A stretch of 36,099 nucleotides of DNA from an uncultured Muribaculaceae bacterium. GTDB lineage: Bacteria > Bacillota_I > Bacilli_A > RF39 > UBA660. Position 1 is the stretch's first letter. Each line of letters begins with the position of its first letter. The notes under the pieces were generated by a model. It had not been told where the DNA came from. It did no database searches and was given only the letters and a program-made list of their open reading frames with translations. Shown here one piece after another: positions 33,806-36,099 of the stretch. The translations under genes and the position numbers were made by a program. The DNA is taken from positions 1-36,099 of the forward strand of contig CAYQKO010000001.1 of the NCBI GenBank assembly GCA_964418205.1. Direction: 5' to 3'.

Positions 33806-35431
33806 TTATACAATTTCTATTTTATCACAATCAAAGACATTTGTTGAAATTTCTTCTATTTCTGTAACTTCTTTTGGTTTTAATTCATTTAAAATATCTT
33901 CAGGAATAAATTCATAAACATATTTGTTTTTTAAATTTTGCACATATTGCTTTTTTTCAGCTTGCCATTCATTTTGACTCAAAGCAACTAAATGAATTGG
34001 ACAGGAAAAATAATTTTTAACATTTGCTTCAATTTCAGTCAATTTAGTATTCATAATATTAGCGGTACTATCTAATTTTGTTGTAACAATAAGGTAATCT
34101 TCAGAAGCCGCCACAATGGAAGAATCTACTACAAAAGCCAATAAATCAGGTGATAAATTAATATCATCAGCTATTTTAATCCAAGTATCTTGATATTTTA
34201 AAAGCCAATCTTTTTTAGCTCCATAAAAACAATTATTCACTCGAATTTCTTTCAATTTTTGTAAAAATTTCAAAGAAATTTCCCCATTTTCTGATTGTTT
34301 ACTATCTGTAATCACCACAGGAGATGCAGATATATTTTTAGAGGAAACATCTAACTTTTTATCCACAGTCTTTGAGGATATTTCACTTACTTGAAAATCT
34401 TGTTTTACATCATCCAAAGAATTTAAAAGAACCAACTGAATTAAATGATAAGGATTAATATTAATATTTATTTTATTTAAAATAGAATTAAACTCAAAAA
34501 TCATATCTTTCACTTGCTTAAATTGAAAAGCACCATTATAACTTCCAACTTTTATTAAAACCGCAATATGACTCAGTTCTTGAACAATTTTTTTAATAAA
34601 AATTTTATAATCACTTGATGTATTTTCTAAACTTTGAATACGCTGAATAACCTTATCAATATTTTTTTCTCCTAAATCATTAAGTAAATCTTTAATAAAT
34701 TTAGATGAAATAGAGCCATAATTTTCTAAAATTTTATCTACGGTAATCTCTTCTCCATTACTAGAAAGTTGATCTAATAAACTTAACGCATCACGCAGGC
34801 CACCTTCTGATAAATATGCAATTTCTTCTATAGCAGCTTCTGTAATTTGAATTTTTTCTTCACTACAAACATAAGATATTTGTTTTTTTAAATTATCTAG
34901 CGAAATTTTTTGAAAATTAAATCGTTGACATCTAGAAAGAATAGTAATTGGAACATTTTCCACATTTGTTGTGGCCATAATAAAAATAGCATGTTTAGGG
35001 GGTTCTTCTAAAGTGAGTAATAAAGCATTAAATGCACTAGTAGTCATCATATGAACTTCATCTATGATATAAATTTTATATTTACTTTCTGAAGGTGCCA
35101 CTTTAACGTTGCTTATTAATTCTCTAATATCATCTACTCCATTATTAGAAGCAGCATCAATCTCAATAATATCAGGACTATTTGCAAAAGATAAACAATT
35201 TTTACATTCACCACAAGCTTCTCCATCAATTGGATTTAAACAATTAATTGTTTTTGCAAATACCCTAGCTGTTGATGTTTTTCCAGTACCACGAGGACCA
35301 GTAAATAAATAAGCATGCGAAATTTTATCATTTATAATAGCATTTCGAAGCATTTGAATAGAATAATCCTGCCCAACTATATTAGAAAACCTATCTGGAC
35401 GATATTTGCGATAAAGTACCTTATAATTCAT
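33806..35431 (-). CDS. dnaX: DNA polymerase III subunit tau (DnaX)
   Basis: YRP..F..IVGQ, Walker A GPRGTGKTS, Zn module CGECKNC, Walker B IIDEVHMMT and SRCQRFNF. Confidence 0.95.
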   Translation of the reverse strand: MNYKVLYRKYRPDRFSNIVGQDYSIQMLRNAIINDKISHAYLFTGPRGTGKTSTARVFAKTINCLNPIDGEACGECKNCLSFANSPDIIEIDAASNNGVDDIRELISNVKVAPSESKYKIYIIDEVHMMTTSAFNALLLTLEEPPKHAIFIMATTNVENVPITILSRCQRFNFQKISLDNLKKQISYVCSEEKIQITEAAIEEIAYLSEGGLRDALSLLDQLSSNGEEITVDKILENYGSISSKFIKDLLNDLGEKNIDKVIQRIQSLENTSSDYKIFIKKIVQELSHIAVLIKVGSYNGAFQFKQVKDMIFEFNSILNKINININPYHLIQLVLLNSLDDVKQDFQVSEISSKTVDKKLDVSSKNISASPVVITDSKQSENGEISLKFLQKLKEIRVNNCFYGAKKDWLLKYQDTWIKIADDINLSPDLLAFVVDSSIVAASEDYLIVTTKLDSTANIMNTKLTEIEANVKNYFSCPIHLVALSQNEWQAEKKQYVQNLKNKYVYEFIPEDILNELKPKEVTEIEEISTNVFDCDKIEIV

Positions 35432-35490
35432 ATTTCAAACCTCCTAATAATAGCAACAATATAAATAATTATAGCATATTTTCTACTGTA

Positions 35491-35901
35491 TTATCTCTTT
35501 TTCTTAAAGAAATCTGACAAAAAAGAAGCGTACATTTGTTCGTTTTTGCTAGAATGATGTTTAAAATCTGTCTTATAATAATCCTTCTTATATACTAATT
35601 TTGGTAACAAATAGTAAACATTTGCTATTTTAGATTGTTTTATAACTTCCTTACACATATTACAAGGTTCTAATGTAACAAAAAGCGTACAATCTGAAAG
35701 GTTCCAGCGACGTAAAGCTTTCGAAGCTTCTAAAATAGCATTAATCTCAGCATGGCCTAGTATACTATCCTCAAGTTCACGTGTATTATGCCCTCGAGCA
35801 ACTATTTTCTCATCACAAACCAATACTGCACCTATTGGTACATCATCATGCAAAATGCTCTTCTTAGCCTCTTCAATACATATATCAAAATACTTATCCA
35901 T
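35491..35901 (-). CDS. tadA: tRNA-specific adenosine(34) deaminase TadA
   Basis: It has the CDA zinc motifs HAEINAI and PCNMC. The start is set at MDKYFD (35901), which has a GGAGA RBS. The ORF track start at 35928 lies inside the SRP RNA terminal helix. Confidence 0.9.
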   Translation of the reverse strand: MDKYFDICIEEAKKSILHDDVPIGAVLVCDEKIVARGHNTRELEDSILGHAEINAILEASKALRRWNLSDCTLFVTLEPCNMCKEVIKQSKIANVYYLLPKLVYKKDYYKTDFKHHSSKNEQMYASFLSDFFKKKR

Positions 35902-35915
35902 AAATTCATCTCCAT

Positions 35916-35996
35916 AAAAAAAGTGCACACAAACAGGGAATGACGTGGCTGCTATCTTCCGATTCTGACCAATTTACACTATATTTGTTGCACGAC
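35916..35996 (-). ncRNA. ffs: Small (4.5S-type) signal recognition particle RNA
   Basis: The minus strand reads GUGCAACAAAUA...GGUCAGAAUC-GGAA-GAUAGCAGCC...UGUUUGUGUGCAC-U7. The centre matches conserved SRP domain IV (E. coli 4.5S has GGUCAGGUCC-GGAA-GGAAGCAGCC). A closing helix of about 12 bp is followed by a U-run. The position beside tadA and dnaX parallels B. subtilis scr. Confidence 0.72.
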
Positions 35997-35999
35997 TTA

Positions 36000-36028
36000 A
36001 TAATAACAAATTATTAATTTAAAATCAA
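36000..36028 (-). promoter_or_regulatory. Sigma-A-type promoter for the SRP RNA
   Basis: The minus strand reads TTGATT (36028..36023), a 17-nt spacer, then TATTAT (36005..36000). This places the transcript start at about 35996..35993, at the base of the SRP hairpin. Confidence 0.45.
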
Positions 36029-36099
36029 CAATGTTTCACGTGAATGTTAATCCTTTTTAGAAATGTTACCATATCATTAATTAAAATGTTACCAAACTT

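Noticed and set aside
33950-33958. GAA AAA AAG in dnaX, which is the E. coli-type A_AAA_AAG -1 frameshift heptamer in the correct frame (codons 492-494).
   Set aside because: It lies only 47 codons before the natural stop. A -1 shift would stop after 12 further codons and remove too little to generate a gamma-like subunit. I see no stable downstream hairpin. Runs of A are frequent by chance in this composition, and programmed dnaX frameshifting is not established for Bacillota.
3114-35312. All remaining short ORFs in the six-frame track that run antisense to strong genes: 3114..3344+, 4803..4988+, 8426..8659+, 10187..10456+, 14921..15181+, 16754..16936+, 22148..22360-, 22840..23025-, 23311..23499+, 26901..27122+, 28865..29092+, 30043..30285+, 33264..33446+, 33391..33576+, 33735..33917+ and 35109..35312+.
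   Set aside because: Each lies fully inside, or mostly overlaps, a CDS with clear family motifs on the other strand or in another frame. Their translations are low-complexity and rich in F/I/K/N, as expected for shadow frames in AT-rich DNA. None has a convincing RBS.
1-36099. CRISPR arrays, rRNA/tRNA genes and long tandem repeats.
   Set aside because: Scanning the intergenic regions, all under about 310 nt, found no repeat-spacer periodicity, no cloverleaf-like GC-rich segments and no rRNA-like stretches. The only repeats seen are the spoVG relic and the short motifs reported above.

Overview
This is a strongly AT-rich, gene-dense chromosomal segment from an endospore-forming low-GC Bacillota (Firmicutes) genome. 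An Erysipelotrichia- or Clostridia-like origin is only an inference. I support 38 CDS, 34 of them on the minus strand, plus one small RNA, one riboswitch and one gene relic. All homology calls come from reading motifs in the supplied translations; no searches were run.

The backbone is the conserved origin-proximal housekeeping and sporulation neighbourhood known from Bacillus subtilis. Reading the minus strand from the right end, it runs ffs(SRP RNA)-tadA-dnaX-ybaB-recR-bofA-holB-yaaT-yabB, then pth-mfd-spoVT, then a Met T-box with nudix-metG. It continues tatD, a yabE-like 3D-domain gene, rsmA-yabG-veg-spoVG, yabP-yabQ-divIC, truA, an ABC-F ATPase and rplM-rpsI.

The accessory content interrupts this backbone.

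1. A non-canonical type VIIb secretion (T7SSb)-like locus lies between metG and the yabE-like gene and is split by tatD.
   - essC and a YukD/EsaB-like ORF are the only recognisable machinery genes.
   - A divergent four-gene operon encodes TM-free helical proteins. One looks like a fused tandem WXG100 protein; another has an LXG-like head and a low-complexity tail.
   - Downstream of tatD is a 1393-aa multidomain candidate effector with a Gly-zipper-like hydrophobic module, a PPP-family phosphatase domain and an HExxH domain. It is followed by an 82-aa ORF and a DUF4176-like ORF.
2. Two tandem, motif-eroded EcfA-like ABC ATPase ORFs sit directly upstream of truA, with no EcfT.
3. A DUF4143-type AAA ATPase gene sits next to a frameshifted relic of a second spoVG 3' end.

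I saw no rRNA, tRNA, CRISPR array, transposase or integrase.
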